Notes: generated by a model not told the origin, from the letters alone. Numbered from the whole stretch's first letter, positions 17,668 through 32,700 are shown. The stretch: DNA of 62,625 nt, filler included, from Collodictyon triciliatum (GCA_043381765.1; 4 parts of 4 records of this genome joined end to end with filler, not necessarily neighbours in it), one strand, 5' to 3'. Translations and numbers: made by a program.

Positions 17668-18099
17668 TGCGGTGTGGGCTCTTGCATTCTGCCTTCCAAA
17701 CCGAATGCCATCGATGTGATGGACAGTGTAATGGTACATATCAAAATATAATAAAAAATCACATACCCGCTCTTCCTTTTTTTTTTTCTTTCTTGTTTCC
17801 TTTGTTCTTGTCTCTTGATTTTCTTTGCTATCCCATCCAACCCACCCCACAAGTTCTAGGCAGCAAACACAACTCTTTCATGGCTCATGATAGACCCTCT
17901 CTTTGTCATTCTGCAAAACGCTGTTCATATCTATCATCTTTTTCATCTCCCCTTTAAAAACGCTTAGTCACAAGAAAGAAAAAAAAACAAAAAAAACAAA
18001 AAACAGAACACACAAAAAAACAAAAAACAAAAAAACAAAAAACAAAACAAAACAAAAAAAAAAAACACACACAGGGCGCTCCACCAAAGCCAACCGGTT

Positions 18100-19791
18100 A
18101 TGCCCAAGCTTCCTCCACCACGCGTCCTCACCTCCATCATCTTCCTCGTGGGTTGCATCGCCGCGCTTTCGTCTCTGCTTCTTTTCGCACCCACGTTCTT
18201 TTCCTCAACACGGCCGCACTACGAGTCGGTCCCAAACACAGACTCTCTGCCTGCGGGCAATCGATTCGATCAGAAGCCCGCCTCACAAAACAATAACCCC
18301 GCTGCCGACGAGAACAAACGTTCTTGGGATCAGAGCTGTGCCGGAAGTTTCCTGCGTGCGTGGATTCCCCCGGCTTTGCAGCCTGTCCTCACTGCAGACA
18401 AGATCGACTATGCAGCCGCAAAACCCATGGGCGACTTGGCCTCTCTTCGACTGACTCCCGAGCTGATGGCCCATCCAAGCAGAGTTCCATCCATCCTGTG
18501 CCCCGAGACGCTTTGCAGCACGCAGCTTTTGTCTGTCCTCGGCTTCCCTGTTCCACCGAGGCCAAGCAATCTTACGATTCTGTTTATTGCTGTGCCACCG
18601 GCTATGCCCGGTAACAGCATGCAAAAGATGCTACAGGTGTGGAAGGATGTAAACTTGTGATTTGTTGTGATTTGTTGTGATTTGTTGTGATTTGGTGTGA
18701 TTTGGTGTGATTTGGTGTGATTTATTGTTGTGTAATTTGGTGTGATTTGATGTTTTGTGATTTAATGTTTTGTGATTTGATGTTTTGTGATTTAATGTTT
18801 TGTGCTTTGTGGTGATTTATTGTTTTGTGATTTGTTGTGTGATTTGGTGTGATTTGGCGTGATTTGGTGTGTTTTGTTTTGTGATTTGGTGTGATTTAAT
18901 GTTTTGTGATTTGTGGTGATTTATTGTTGTGTAATTTGTTGTGTGATTTGGTGTGATTTGGTGTGATTTGGTGTGATTTGGTGTGATTTGATGTTTTGTG
19001 ATTTGTGGTGATAATTTGTTGTGTGATTTGTTGTGATTTGGTGTGATTAAGAAATAATCAAGATTCTTGCCGAGTAGGAAATATCAGAGAAGCAAAATCT
19101 CAACTTTGAAATCACCATCAACGCGCACAAGAAATGGATGCGTCCGTATCTAAGAACAACAGAGCGCGAAAACTGGGATGTAGTATACGGGATTTTCGCA
19201 TACGGACTGCACCGCCTTCTCCCAAGTTTTTCATACTACACGTACATGGTCATGGTTCAGCCGCCTGTGGAGCGATGGATCGAGCACTACCACTGGGCCA
19301 GAGACAAAAAACTTGATTACGTCTCCCAGCATCCAAACATCACCTCATGGGCCCGTGCCCAGTACAACTGCAACATGCAGTTTGCCATGCTTTCCGGACT
19401 CGCCCCAAACGACTTTAGTCTGCTGGACCGCGCAGACCCCAGCTGGCCCGTGCCGTGCAGAGGATATGACCAGAACCACATGGACATTGTGCAGCGAGTC
19501 AAAGACACGCTCTCGGGACACTTCAAGTACGTCATCCCGCAAGACAGAGCAGCAGAGGCTGTGCCCATGCTTTGCCACGAATTCCAACTCTCCAAAGACT
19601 CGTGCAGGCTGATGAAGGAGAAGCACAGGTGGACATCGTACTCGAGAGTGGCCCAAATCAAAGAGACGCTCTCGTCTGAGGACAGCGCGGCCATCGAGGA
19701 GCAGACGCATCTGGACAGGCTTTTGTACGAACATGCAAATCAGTTGTTTGAATATCAATTGCATGCTTTCAAGAGTTTAAAGTCTGTCTAA
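18100..19791 (+). CDS. Type II membrane sulfotransferase-like protein with degenerate PAPS-binding motifs, 2 exons
   Basis: Exons 18100-18636 and 19078-19791 join in frame (CAG|gt..ag|GAA). There is an N-terminal TM anchor and stem, then ILFIAVPPAMPGNS, VVYGIFAYGLH, YMVMVQPPVERWIEHY and IEEQTHLDRLLYEHANQLF. These follow the Golgi sulfotransferase layout (FxHxPKTxGT, YGH, LRxPxxRxxSxY, NxLDxxLY). Confidence 0.7.
18655..19048 (+). repeat. Degenerate GT-rich decamer repeat (TTTGGTGTGA variants) filling the sulfotransferase intron
   Basis: Tandem imperfect units of about 10 nt. Confidence 0.9.
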
Positions 19792-20516
19792 GAGGAATTA
19801 GAAAAAAAAAAAAACGACGTCGCGAATTCAAAGCGCTGTTTTTTTCTCCCTATTCCTTTCCTTTCATGGTCGGTGTTTGTTTCTTGTTTTTGTTTTGTTA
19901 TCTATGTGGTGCGCAATCATCACGCCCGCATCACATCTGCTGTGCATCATACGGATACTGTTCATACGAAGCTGGCTTCTTCATTCTTTGGCCACACTTT
20001 GCCATAATCCTACTGCCATTTCGCTGGTCTTCTTTGTCTTTCTTCCGCTTGAATAAACCAGCTCACGCTAATGAAGATATGGAATAATCTGAGCTACAGG
20101 GATAGTATAACCGGCGCCAGTTGCTACTTGGATACAAATCGAGTTTCGATACTCTTGAAGCAGTCTGGAGAGAGAACCCTGTTGATAATGCTGCATAGCT
20201 TTTCCGGGTTAGCTCGGTTTATGGCCGCCAATAAGAGAAAAAATAAGTAAAAGTAGAAAATGAGAAAGGAACACACACACAAAAAAAAAGAGGAGGAAAG
20301 AGTAACGAACAACAGTGCAAAAATGCCTAGCCAGAAACCAATAGAAAGTTGGATTAGTTGTGTGAATCACATACGCATATCCTTTTTCTGTAGCGTCCCA
20401 GTTCGTTTTGTAATCATAAGGATAGTCTCTGCAAATGCTCTTTTTTTTTTATTTGGAGAAGGGTGCAAGTGATTTGACCAGTCATTAACGACCCTTTTTG
20501 TCTGTCCCAATGAGAG

Positions 20517-23090
20517 TTAATGCTTATTGTCGAATTCAGTTGATAGGGGGGTGTAATGTTGGCGTGAAAGCCAAAATTGGGTGATTAGAGCAAGAATCAG
20601 GCCAAAGAAGCAAACAGTAAATATTGTTGCCGTCGTCACGGAACCAGCCTTCGTTGAAGACAAACGTCAGAAGGGATACATATCTTTCTTTCTTTTAAGA
20701 AATCAATGCACATTACAAAAAGAAAAAGAAAAAGAAAAAGAAAAAGAAAAAGAAAAAGAAAAAGAAAAAGAAAAAGAAAAAGAAAAAGAAAAAGAAAAAG
20801 AAAAAGAAAAAGAAAAGGGGAAGAGGGAAAGAGGGAAAGAGGGAAAGAGGGAAAAAGGGAAAAAGGGAAAAAGGGAAAAAGGGAAAAGGGGAAAAGGGGA
20901 AAAGGGGAAAAGGGGGAAAAGCTCTATACATTACCTTGATTAGGACGACTACGACGAAAAGATTAAGGGGGACTCTGAAAAAGTTCATCAGAGCTGCACG
21001 ACACTCCTCCCTTTGAAAAAAAATAATTTGAATTTCATTATTTTAGGATGCTGGCTTCAATGCACAATTAAACCATGACAAGGCATTGTAAGACCGTAAG
21101 TAACAAGTACTTCAAATATCTTCCACGCATGGTACCGATACAAGGCCAGTATGTGCCACAAAAGAGTTCAAAGACACAAAACGAAACCAGAATAGCATTA
21201 TAGTTCTGTCAGTGTCAAGGGAAAAAAATGTAATGATTAGAAATTGTGGCAGATTGTGAGTCAAACGAAAATATGACAATACAAATAATTGAGTTTTAAA
21301 TCGGAAGAAGCTTGGAAAACCTCTGGCATCATGATGGGGACCAAAAATGTTAGTGAAGAGACAGCAAACACGAAGCTGGCAAGGGTCTCCACTGGGTAAG
21401 AATGGGAGCCACTTCGGAAAATCGCACTTCCGATCATAACACAAACCATGTATGTAGAAAATATCAAACCAAATGGAAGACTGCCGTAGATGTTAGAGAC
21501 ACTTGCAGCCTGTCAATATAAAAGCGAAAAATTATTGAGTTCATATTCAATTCCTACGAAAATAAATAAATAAAAAGGTAGTGGGGGAAGGGAGGGATGA
21601 GTTCCATAATAACTAATAAGGTTTAGATCAAATTATTGACACATAAATATTACCTCTTCAAGAGCAGGTGTCCACATAAATACGAATGTATACATCGAAC
21701 CTTCATAAAGAGACTGTATCAATCCCAGTGCCATGACCATATTGTCTGTGATTAGGTATGTTATAATGAGTAACTTAATCTTATCGCATGATTCGTATTG
21801 TTTTGTTCTCTCCCTATTTCCAATTAAATGGGAATATATAACTTAGCTTTTCGAGTACAATTCGCAAGGGTAATAGTAAAATAATAATAATAATTAAAAT
21901 ACTAACTCCCAGTTACTTCGTGGAATGCAGAGCTAAATGTGGTCGCAAGGTCGAATTGAGCGTTCCCATAGTTTTCCCTCCAAGTGAACTGGATGACAAA
22001 CCCAACAACTACAAGGCACGCCAGGGCAGCCATAAAAGGGCTAACAAACCCGAAACTACCTGCAAGAAGATCAGCCAAAAGTCCAGATATGATAGCAACA
22101 AACCCATTAATCAGCGTAGCCATGGAGAAGGTTTCAGATAAAAGCTCATCTGAAAATCCCGCCTTGATTTTTTTTTTTTGGTAGTCAAAAAATGAATTGA
22201 CGTTAGTATGCGCTTCGGAATTATGCCTGATACTTCGTTAAAATTGTTGAAGGAGGGTGTGGATTAGAAGATAAAAAAAATTAAAAAGAAAATGATATGA
22301 ACAGGTGATGTCTAAGCATCACAAAATGTAAAGAATAGGTGGAAATCGTTCGCTCTGAGAAGGCTAACAAGATTACAAACTAATAAACATTCATTCATTT
22401 ATTTGTTTTGTTCGTCTGTTTGGAGTTACCTTTCGGTGCTCGCATACCATCCATGCCTCAAAAACAGAGAATAGAAGAGATGTGGATATTCCTCCCAAAA
22501 CCCGACCGAGTAGGAGAATTTCAAAATTTGGTGAAAGTTTTGTGATGCATGACATGGAGTACGTCACGACATACACCAGACACGAGTTTTTGCGTCCGCT
22601 AGAGTATTTTTGGTCATATTCAATTTTTGATATATATATGTATATAAAAAGATAATTCAGAGCAACGTGAAAAGAAACACGATATATTTTGAGTTAGTTT
22701 TTTTCAGAATAATTTATAAAACTATGAATTGAGACGCATGATTTGGTAGCAGGAAAAATGCAGTTAGCCGCAAGAAGGGGGGAAAATCCAATAAGCCTTG
22801 GTGTATAAGGTCATTTAGAGGATATATCATCCGTAAGTAAACACATACAATTTATCGGCGAGTGATCCCACAAAAGTCCCGAAAACACCACTGGAGAGAA
22901 ACCCAGTAATAAATAATGTTGCGATGTCCTGCTTTTCATATCCGTAACTTTGATAGAGAGCGTATATGTAAGGGCCTTGGAGCCAGTCGGCCACTAACAA
23001 AACCCAAGGAAAAAGTCATAAGTATCAAGACAAAACAATACATCGTCGGAAAAGAAGAAAAAAAGGAAGAAAGGAAAAAAGGGGGAAAAA

Positions 23091-23150
<60 letters not shown>

Positions 23151-23562
23151 AAAAAAGAAAGAAAAAAAGAAAGAAAAAAAGAAAGAAAAAAAGAAAGAAA
23201 AAAAGAAAGAAAAAAGAAAGAAAAAAAGAAAGAAAAAAGAAAGAAAAAAGAAAGAAAAAAAGAAAGAAAAAAGAAAGAAAGAATGAAAGGATGATAATGA
23301 AAAATATATATGTTAGCCAGACGAAAAAAAAACTCTTGTGAGGACAAAAGAAAGTAAGCTGCGACTGATAAATAAACACGACGTCCACATAACGCAAAGG
23401 CGAGGGCAGGAGGGACTCACTCATGGCAAGGGCATATACAAACAGGTAACGCCGCTGGAATTGGGCAAAGGAGACCGAATGCCCAGGCTTCGAGCGGAGT
23501 TGGTTCCCGTTCAAGACGAGGCAGATGATCAGAAGAAAAGTAAACAGGGCCACGATGTTCAT
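20517..23562 (-). CDS. MFSD5: Molybdate-anion transporter, MFS (MFSD5/MOT2 family), multi-exon
   Basis: Spliced peptides: FQRRYLFVYALAM, ADWLQGPYIYALYQSYG, GRVLGGISTSLLFSVFEAWMVCEH, WRENYG, QSLYEGSMYTFVFMWTP, PFGLIFSTYM, MNFFRVPLNLFVV. Stop is TAA 20517. Confidence 0.93.
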
Positions 23563-23694
23563 CTTGTGAATCGAACTAGACTTAGCTGACGTGTCTTTGC
23601 CTTGGTCTCTGCTTCACCTCGTTCCGGAGCTTGCGGTGGGTTGTTAGAAAAGTTGAGACTGAAGCAAACATAGTCTGTTCCGCTCGTTGGAAAA

Positions 23695-24012
23695 GGAAAA
23701 TGGAAAATGGAAAAAGGAAAAAGGAAAAAGGAAAAAGGAAAAAGGAAAAAGGAAAAAGGAAAAAGGAAAAAGGAAAAAGGAAAAAGGAAAGAAAAGAAAA
23801 AGAAAAAAAGAGAAAAAGGAAAAAGGAAAAAGGAAAAAGAAAAGAAAAGAAAAGAAAAAATGAAAATGAAAATGAAAAAGAGAAAAGAAAAGAAAAAAGA
23901 AAAGAAAAAGAAAAGAAAAAAGAAAAGAAAAAGAAAAGAAAAAGAAAAGAAAAAAGAAAAAGAAAAAAAGAAAAAAAGAAAAAAAGGAAAAAGGAAAAAG
24001 AAAAGAAAAAGG
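23695..24012. repeat. Purine-rich (GGAAAAA/GAAAA)n microsatellite upstream of MFSD5
   Basis: Direct repeats. Similar tracts occur at 20717-20920 and 23050-23285 inside MFSD5 introns. Confidence 0.9.
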
Positions 24013-24695
24013 AATGTATGTGAAGAGCGAGTCTTCTTTCGCGGGATGGGGTTCGCTCTGCTGCCAGTTTCACCTCTGCGTTCGTGTGCCTGGCGACTTT
24101 TACAAGCGCAGCCGCACTCTTCCGCCTGGCAACAGCAGACCCCTTCCGTCCTGTTTCTTCGGGCACACAGCAAAGGCGAGACCACTCCACGCAGCACTCA
24201 ACCCATCCAAGTATGGATTCACGCCAAGAACAATGTGCTCGACGGATTGCAGTGGCCCGATCAAAACGCGTTTTGTGCTTCCATAGGTTCGGGAAATGCG
24301 CTATGAAGTCTCGTTGTTCCGCATTGAAAGCGGTATTAATTCCATAAAAGTTATATTTTAAAAAGATCTAACCCTATGAAATAGAAATATAACATTCATA
24401 GAAACTAGTTAAAATAGTGTATTTAAATCTGGAATATATAATTATAATCATTTGTATGCATTTGCTTGTATTAGCACTTTTCTTTTTTCACAACGCATAT
24501 ATCCATCTACCTATCAATTCTGTATGCTATAGATGAATTAGGTGAGTTTGTTTGCACGATTATGAGTTTCTTTCTATGAGGCAAAATAGTAGGCTTTTTT
24601 TTCCTTTATTCGATTCAAAGTGTAGCGAGGTTATGCCATACAAAGGGGTGAGATAGATGCGCATGGAAGAGAGCAAACGTAAGTAGGAGAAGACA

Positions 24696-27600
24696 CTACC
24701 GTGGAGAGGCTAGGACTGGAAAGAAATCAGTGATAGCGAGCTGGTCAGGTGGGCGTCCCAACTGGTTGATTGGTTGCGTGGGTAGCAGGGGTTGGATATG
24801 CTGTGGGAGATATCTTNNNNNNNNNNNNNNNNNNNNNNNNNNNNNNNNNNNNNNNNNNNNTTAATTAATTAANNNNNNNNNNNNNNNNNNNNNNNNNNNN
24901 NNNNNNNNNNNNNNNNAAAAAAATGAAACGTAGCGAACACAACACTTGCTATTCACATGCGAGTTTCGTAATTAATTCATTTCATTTTCTGCATAATTGT
25001 GTACATAGTGTTTTGCTGGTAAGATAACGATGGTATTCATACTCGTTGGGCCCTCATTTCCGTCATTTCCGTTTGTTTTGTGTTGCGGTCCTCCAGCTGC
25101 GTGAATTTCTTCAAGTCCGCGTCCTTCTTCTCCAAGTCGAGCAAAAGCTTATCTACGTTTAGATTTTTCCACTTTTCAAACTGTGCCAGTTTGCTTTCCA
25201 TCTCAGTCAGTTGGTGAGTCTTGGATACCTTCCATTGGATGAGGCTGTTTTTTGTGCGTTGCTGTGTTGCAAAATGAGTGTTTGTGGCGATGAATGATCG
25301 AAATGTCATTGTGTTTCAATCTTTGTACTATTTGACTTGGCAACGATTTTTTCCCTTTATTCGAATCAAAGTTTACTTGGCAAAGATATTAGAATGATTT
25401 ATAAATTATGAATCTGAATAACAACTCAAAAAATGACATGCCTGTTGCTCTAATTCTTTTCTCAAGGTCTCAATATCCTGTTCGCGACTGCTCAGTGCCC
25501 GTTGTGAGGCGGCGAGCTGCTGCCTCAAAATACTTTCCTTCTGCTCCATTTCATCGCGAGTCTCCCAGAGGGTCTTATTAATCATACTTTTCTCGTCTTC
25601 CAACTTTCTTAACTAAAGTCCGAGTGTAAGGAGGAAATTATATTTACTAGTAGACCAAGAATGATACATATATAAACATTAAAAAAAAGTTTCAAAAAAA
25701 AAAAGCATTTGTATAGAATCTGATTAGCAACGTCTCATGAAGCGTATAGCTTTGCTTTTTCTGGGATACAACCAAAGTGCTTGTAAATTTTTATAAGAGC
25801 TTAAGCGAACGTTTCCGAATGAAATTTGTGCATTTCGTACCTTTTTAATGTAAGAACTCTGTGATGAAATGTTGCGAAGACGATGAAGCGATTTCAGTTT
25901 CAAAACCTTTGAATTATTATTATCATTATAATTATTATATTTTATTTTAAAAAAATGTATTACTTTGATTTGAACCAAAAAGAATAAATTCAAATGACTA
26001 AACTAAATGAAGGTAGCATGGTAATGCCACACGATAGATATATACAATATGATGACAAATGAAATATAAGTGGAAAAAAAGTTTATATCGTTCGAACTGA
26101 CAAGATTGTCAAGTGCCATTTTATCTGTGCGAAGATCATTTAATTCATCCTCGACATGAATCATTTTCAGTGTCTTTCTCTTCAACTCCATCGGCGTGCT
26201 TCCACTCTGCACCATTTTCTTCAGAGCATCTTTTTTCGCATCAAACAGGTTCGACATAATATCCTGCTGTAATTGAGAACGATATTCTATGGTGGAAGTT
26301 TAATGTTAAGCTATATGCAACAGCATATTGCATGTATGAAGATGCCGATTTTGCCAGCTCAACATCATAGTAGAAATTAAAATAATGCTGCTATTACATT
26401 CATATAATTGTGATCTAAATTACCTTTAAACTTCGTTTTCACCTCAATCGCCTCTACAGTAAGTTGCCTGACCAGATCATCATACTCTCTCTTGATTTTT
26501 TCCCTCACAATGGATTCTTGCCGTTTCAGCTCTTCTTCAGACCTCGAAAGCTTTCGGTTGAGTGTGTCTATCTCAAAGATAAGGTCATATCCTTTATCAG
26601 CCACTTCTGTTTGGATTTTTCGGTAGGATTCCTTTGTAGGGAAATAGAAACAAAAAGTAATTAACGCTTTCATTTGTAAAATGCACATTAAAAAAAATTA
26701 ATAATTAATTTATTGATAACTCAAGAGTTATGAAATGAACAAGCGTACTTTTAAAAAAAATTATCTTAAACATGTTCCTACATACCTTTTTGTCTTGCTC
26801 TCTTAGATATTCAGAATATCTTAAGTTACGCTCACATGTGTACAAAAGGTGCTGGAGATGCTTTACTTGAGACAGTTGGCTCTTTCCTTCCTCAGCGAGG
26901 CGTGCTGTGGTCCAATCCATAAGGTCTTTAGACATGTGCGACAACTAGGTCATAGTTCGAGTGATATATTGAGTTCAGTATGTGGTATGATCAGTAAACG
27001 AAAGAAAAGCATACTTTGTTCACTTATATAGATAAAAATATCAGAATGTTCCCTAGCCATCGCATGAAAGATACTAAAAATATTGGGAAAAAATACACTG
27101 CTTCTAAGGTGTGATTCTGACATGATGAATCCTCTGTCGCCTGTTTCTGTTCGAGTTTCTTGCACATTCAACTGGAAAATTCGTTTTGGTTAACATGTGA
27201 CTTGTACAAAGAAGTGTCAATAAAGCTAAAGCTTAGTGACATATGAATATGCAAGTTTTCCTTTCTTTTCTAGTTTAAAGCGTCAAAAAATACATTAAGG
27301 AGGGAATAGACAAAGTGTAAGAAGATAAAATGGGTATACCATTAGACGGTAGACAAAATCAGAAAATATTCTCTGTTTGGCAGCATAGTCTTCAAGATTG
27401 ACAGGGTCAGTCAGGTGAGATTCTGACATGGCGACAATTTGGTCCGTTTCTGCAATCAAATGACCAAATATGACAGAGACATCATTCGTTTGTGCATGGA
27501 TAAGCAATTTATCTACTTCTTGCTTCAATATTTCCACTTGGAGTTGGCGAATAAGCTAGGCAGCAATATAAATGAGTTTCTAATATCAAAACTGCAACAT

Positions 27601-29607
27601 AACTGAGATATCCATCTACATTTTTAAAATTAAATAAATTCCTCTATATCGTGTTCCATCCATTTGAGCAGCAACCATGATTCACATAATATTTGTGAGA
27701 GGGGAAATATTATATATTTACCATTTCAGACTTGGGCATGGCTGTGTCATCTGCATCATCACCTAGAGAGGATATGGTGGTTATGTATAAAGCGTGGGAC
27801 TATATTAACAGGAAAGGTTTTTAACTCTAAAGTCGACCGTGGTGTTGATGTATATCAAGCTTGCAGATACCATCATTCCCGTCTGACTCGTTTTGCTTTC
27901 GAACTATGCTCACAGCTTTGCTCCACACCGTCTCGTTATACAGCGTGAAGAGCTTCTTGAACGATGCAGAATCCTTTCAAAAAAAATTACATCTTAACCG
28001 TTATATCTAGATAATATTTTTCTTCTTGCAGAGATGACATCAAGAAGAAAGTTGATAAGAAGGTAGTACAAATAAACAAATATGACATCATGCAACGCGA
28101 AATACCTGAGGGAAGGGTATCTTCAGAGTGGAGAGTGCATAGTAATACTTGAGTTGGCGCAGGGATAGAGATGTTTCCAGAAATTCACGCTGTAGGGCAA
28201 TTGCCATGGAAGGCTGTGATGCAAAGTATATGTTTTTTTCTGAGAGAAGATCTTCAAACTGCAGGTCGATGGCCATCATTTCTCCATTGGCATAGTTGCG
28301 GTCGGAATCGGGCAATGTGGCCAGAAACACGTTCGCCAAGGGGAATATGGCTGGTTGATGCATCCCCACAAATAGCGTTGATTGTGATAGAAAGAATCTT
28401 TGTCGAATTGTTTGAGATGTTGGCGTGTGCATATTCAGCACACGAAAGAGGGCATCTGCTGCGTTATAGTTCCGCTTTCCAGGGACCTGAAGAGGGTCTG
28501 AGATAAAGTGTGGGCTGTGAATAGTATCTGAGAGTGCCACCATCTTGTGGGGATACATAACTCGGTCGCATTCACGGTCGATAATTCTTAGAATTGCTGG
28601 ATTGACGTTCTGCGAAGTGAGGATGATTGTTACATGATAATAGTATTGTTCTCTTTTGTTCATATTTTTCAAAATATGCTTCTGAATGTTCTGCGGTATA
28701 GTTAGTACAAAAGGAAAAGGAAGGAAAAGAAGGGAAAAGCAGGGAAAAGCAGGGAAAAGCTGGGAAAAGGAGGGAAAAGGAGGGTAAATGCTCGGCAGCT
28801 CCATCCGAAACAACATATGCAAATACAAACCTCTCTCTGCAGGATGGTATCTGTTAGGTTGTATAATGTAAGGAGGATTTTCTGGAAGAGAACTTTGCGC
28901 TTTGTTGTAAGGTAAATGGAGACAGAATTCGGATCTGTGGGGTCCACAATATGGGACAGCTCGCTTTTCACTTTAACGAGTTCATTGTATGTGTTCTCCA
29001 CACCAACTACGAATTTGGAAGCAAAATGAAGAAATTAGGGAAGAAATTGATAGGGCACAGGAACTTGTAGCTTAAGGTTTTGACTTGTCAGAAAATAATT
29101 GAAAGGGTGTCCATTTTATAGAAAAATTATCCCAACGAAAAAAAAAAAAAGACCTGCAGAGAATATATCCAGGGACGGGAGTGACATTCTGGATTGTATT
29201 TTCAGGAAAGTAACGACATCGCACAAGGACGAAATAATGCTGACGCAAAAGCGAAGAGACGAGGCTTGAAGTGCAGAGCGTGAATGGCATAGAAGCTATT
29301 GAAAACAAACAAGTTTTATATTACTTCATCGAAAGAATAGTAAAAGTTCCAGAATGAAGTAATTGTTCCGTATGAACAAAAAAAAAATCTCTTTTTCTTT
29401 ATTCTCAATTCAATAAAATGTGAGCGACCTTGGCTGCATCTTTTCTATGAGGAATGCTCCAAACGCTCCCCAGTCTCCCATCATCGTGAATAAGAATCTC
29501 AGCATCATCCTCGGCATGCTAAGTTAGTGGGTGAAAATATTATTATTGGACCCTAAGAATGTTACAGCAAACTTAAAATTAATGGATGAGTGTCTAGATG
29601 GAAATAT

Positions 29608-29704
<97 letters not shown>

Positions 29705-32700
29705 ATGTTTTGAATATGTGTCCTATGAATTAAAATGTTGGCACATACTGTTCCGTATACCCGCGCAGCATCCACATCTTTTGAAATATTTCAATTTGCA
29801 TTTACTATCTTATTGCATACATAGGACCATATTTTGCAATCATAACGATTCATGAAAGCATGACAATGATTGCAAAATATGTAACATTACCATCGACGAA
29901 AACATCTGCGTCTGGATCAGGTGCCAGAATAAAAGGGTTTTCTTCAGGTGGAAATTGTGACTTTGTCAAAGAATCAGCGAAAGCTTTAACGAGAGTTCAT
30001 TTGTACAGGAATAACAATTTAAATGGTTTTGAATGGAAAAAGGATATCAGATGCCAACATTCTCAATCTCTCAATTTCTCTTGATAGCTGAGTTCGAAGA
30101 GAATACGTTAGAATAGTTGTCATCAAATCCTGGCAGAATCCTAGAATCAGGTCATACTATTTTAAATGAGAAAAATTTAAAAAAATGACCAGATAATCAT
30201 GGAAGGTGGCTTATTAGTATGCACAAGGTGTGTGATTTTTATTTAGGTATAGACGAATATAGACCGGGGAGTAATATGTGTAGCAAACTCGGAGTGGTTG
30301 TAATTACAGCGAGCTACATTCGAAAAGAATGTATGATTATAATTTTTTACCTTCAAATCCTTCAGTTTTGGGGGAACTAGCTCAGGTTTCTGAGTTTTAA
30401 TTATTCGTATTGACCTAATTTTTTGGTTAAGATAAATTACGATTAAAATTATTCAAGATTGTCATTCTCGAGTATGTATAATGGCATTCGTAGTATTATT
30501 TTGTTTAATGAATCATTTAATTAACGTAATATGGTCTAGATTGACGGGTACTTTTCTGTATATGTGCTTAGAATTGCTTTTCGAATTGGATTTTTCTGAT
30601 TGTGAATCCACATCAAGTATGGAATAAGCCGAGCGAGATATTCCCGTTGTTTTCTCTGACCTTCCATATTCATGGACTATAAAATAGAAAACAAGGGAGA
30701 AGCACTAATGAGCATGATAAAGACTATATTAGGTATGTTATGTCTCAACAGATTCATACGACTTTCTCGGAAGACTCAACCATGGCCTCTGGGATTGATG
30801 TCACGAATGTGTTTTCGGCTTTTGGAAAGCGCTGAATATATGGGTCTAGCAAAAACTGGAAGATATGTAGATGATTTAAAGTGTGGTTATTACACAATTT
30901 TAACAAAAGACCGAACGAGTAAAAATAAGCATGAGTTTACTTAATACATTGACAGGCTCTTATATGCGCATAAAGCACTGTTATGTGAAATACCTGATTA
31001 TATTGAACAGCTACAATTAGAACATTTTTGTGGACAATCTGTACTTGCATGGCTCGGCGCACATAATCGATTTCGGGTTCATTGAACATTCTCTAAAGAA
31101 GATAAAATAAACTTCAAAATTAGAGTTTATTCCCTTAATGAATTATGTACTAAAGATTGCATATTAAAAAAACTACACAAAAGAAAAGAAGTGATACACT
31201 TACCTGAATACTTTGATAAGAATTAAAGTCAAGGTTGGCCATGCTGACTTCGAATTCCATAATTGCATACTTTGGGTATATCGCTCCGATTGGGATGTCG
31301 TCACATTTGAGCTGGAACAGGAATTAGAGGTGTTAGCGAAGGAGGTCTGCAAAAGGTAGTGGCTGACTAATTTAGTTGGATAGGTAGCCAACATCGCAAA
31401 AAAATACGACTACAAACCTTCTCTGCTAGGATACCTTCTTCGAATTTTAAAGGATCAAGATAAATAGATGGCGATTCCATTTCGGCCATTTGCATCTGAG
31501 CCAAATAGACAGGAGCAAGGATTTCTGCATTGAAATGGTTGAACGGATATATTTTGTGAAATTTATTAAACAATTCAAGTACAACCAATTAGTTGGCAGA
31601 GACAAAGACAACCCGGGAGCATAAATTGAAAGAAATGAAAACTTATTGCATAGAGAAATACCTGACTCATAAAGGGCATCGACCAGCTTTTCTCTGATGC
31701 ACAACAAATCCAGTGCTTTCGAATAAATGTAAAGATATTTTGGTCGATAGAACCACCACGGCCGCGAATTTTCTGTACTAAATGTGTTTGGTTTGACCGC
31801 TGCTCCAGAAAGTGTTTCCTTAGTTCGAATATAGTCCTCATCTTTGGCCGATTTTATCACATCTACATTAAAAAAAAAATTGTGTTTAAGTGTCTAAAAT
31901 ATTTTTATCAGTTTTGGTATATCACATCGAAAATACTTTGAAGATCATAAATGTTTGAAAATAAAAAAAATGAAAGTAGTATGGATTTATGAATTGTCTT
32001 CTTTGTTTCTCCCTTTACTCCATTCAAATTATGCTAATTATCTTAAATTTTGGTTTAAAAAATCCGCTCTGAAGAAATGTGAAACTTGGATAGATGAAAT
32101 AATGTTATTTACTAGGAAGAGAGATCTCATACCCATAATCAAATTATCATAGAGAACAGGGTCATCCACCAGGCAATTTGCTGTAAATGAAGAGGCCTCT
32201 TCTCGCTCGGGAGAGACGTGGTCGCCCAATAACCTCCACTCGACCTTAGGATTTTACTTCAACGTAAGTCATCTTTGCTTGGATTTCAAAATCCAAGCCA
32301 TCTTGCAAATTGAGCACAATAAATGGAGTCTATCACACTTCAAATTGACAATCTCGAAATATTTAAAAGATTGTGTTACGTAAACAATGTGCAAGGTGAA
32401 AAAGACGGATTCCTCTTACCATGCATTGTTGGAGAATGGTCCTTTTGAGCATATTACATTCCTTGATATTCGTGACTCTGAATATGTTTCTGAATTCCGT
32501 ATAAACTGTGTCCAGGACGCTTTGAAATTTTGTTATATGACTCAACGTCGTGAAAAATTCCATTAAATCTACAGGATTGGAGGTAGCGCTCACAGATACC
32601 ATTTTTGACTTTACTAATAACAGTGATAAGGATAAGTGAATAGAGTGATTGAAAATGGACATGTGATTATGGCCAACAAATCGGTGCCTCCATACAATTT

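Noticed and set aside
18655-19048. GT-rich repeat as a CRISPR array or interstitial telomere
   Set aside because: No unique spacers, the units are degenerate decamers without a G-run telomeric consensus, and the tract lies wholly within a GT-AG intron.
24861-24872. Palindromic TTAATTAATTAA repeated three times (24861, 39182, 56675)
   Set aside because: Always centred between two 44-N runs, so it is an artificial six-frame stop linker from assembly, not a biological motif. Adjacency across these joins should be treated with caution.
29608-29703. Long poly(A) as a retroelement tail
   Set aside because: No adjacent element body, reverse transcriptase sequence or target-site duplication seen. 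It is poly-T on the sense strand of an intron, like the other tracts.
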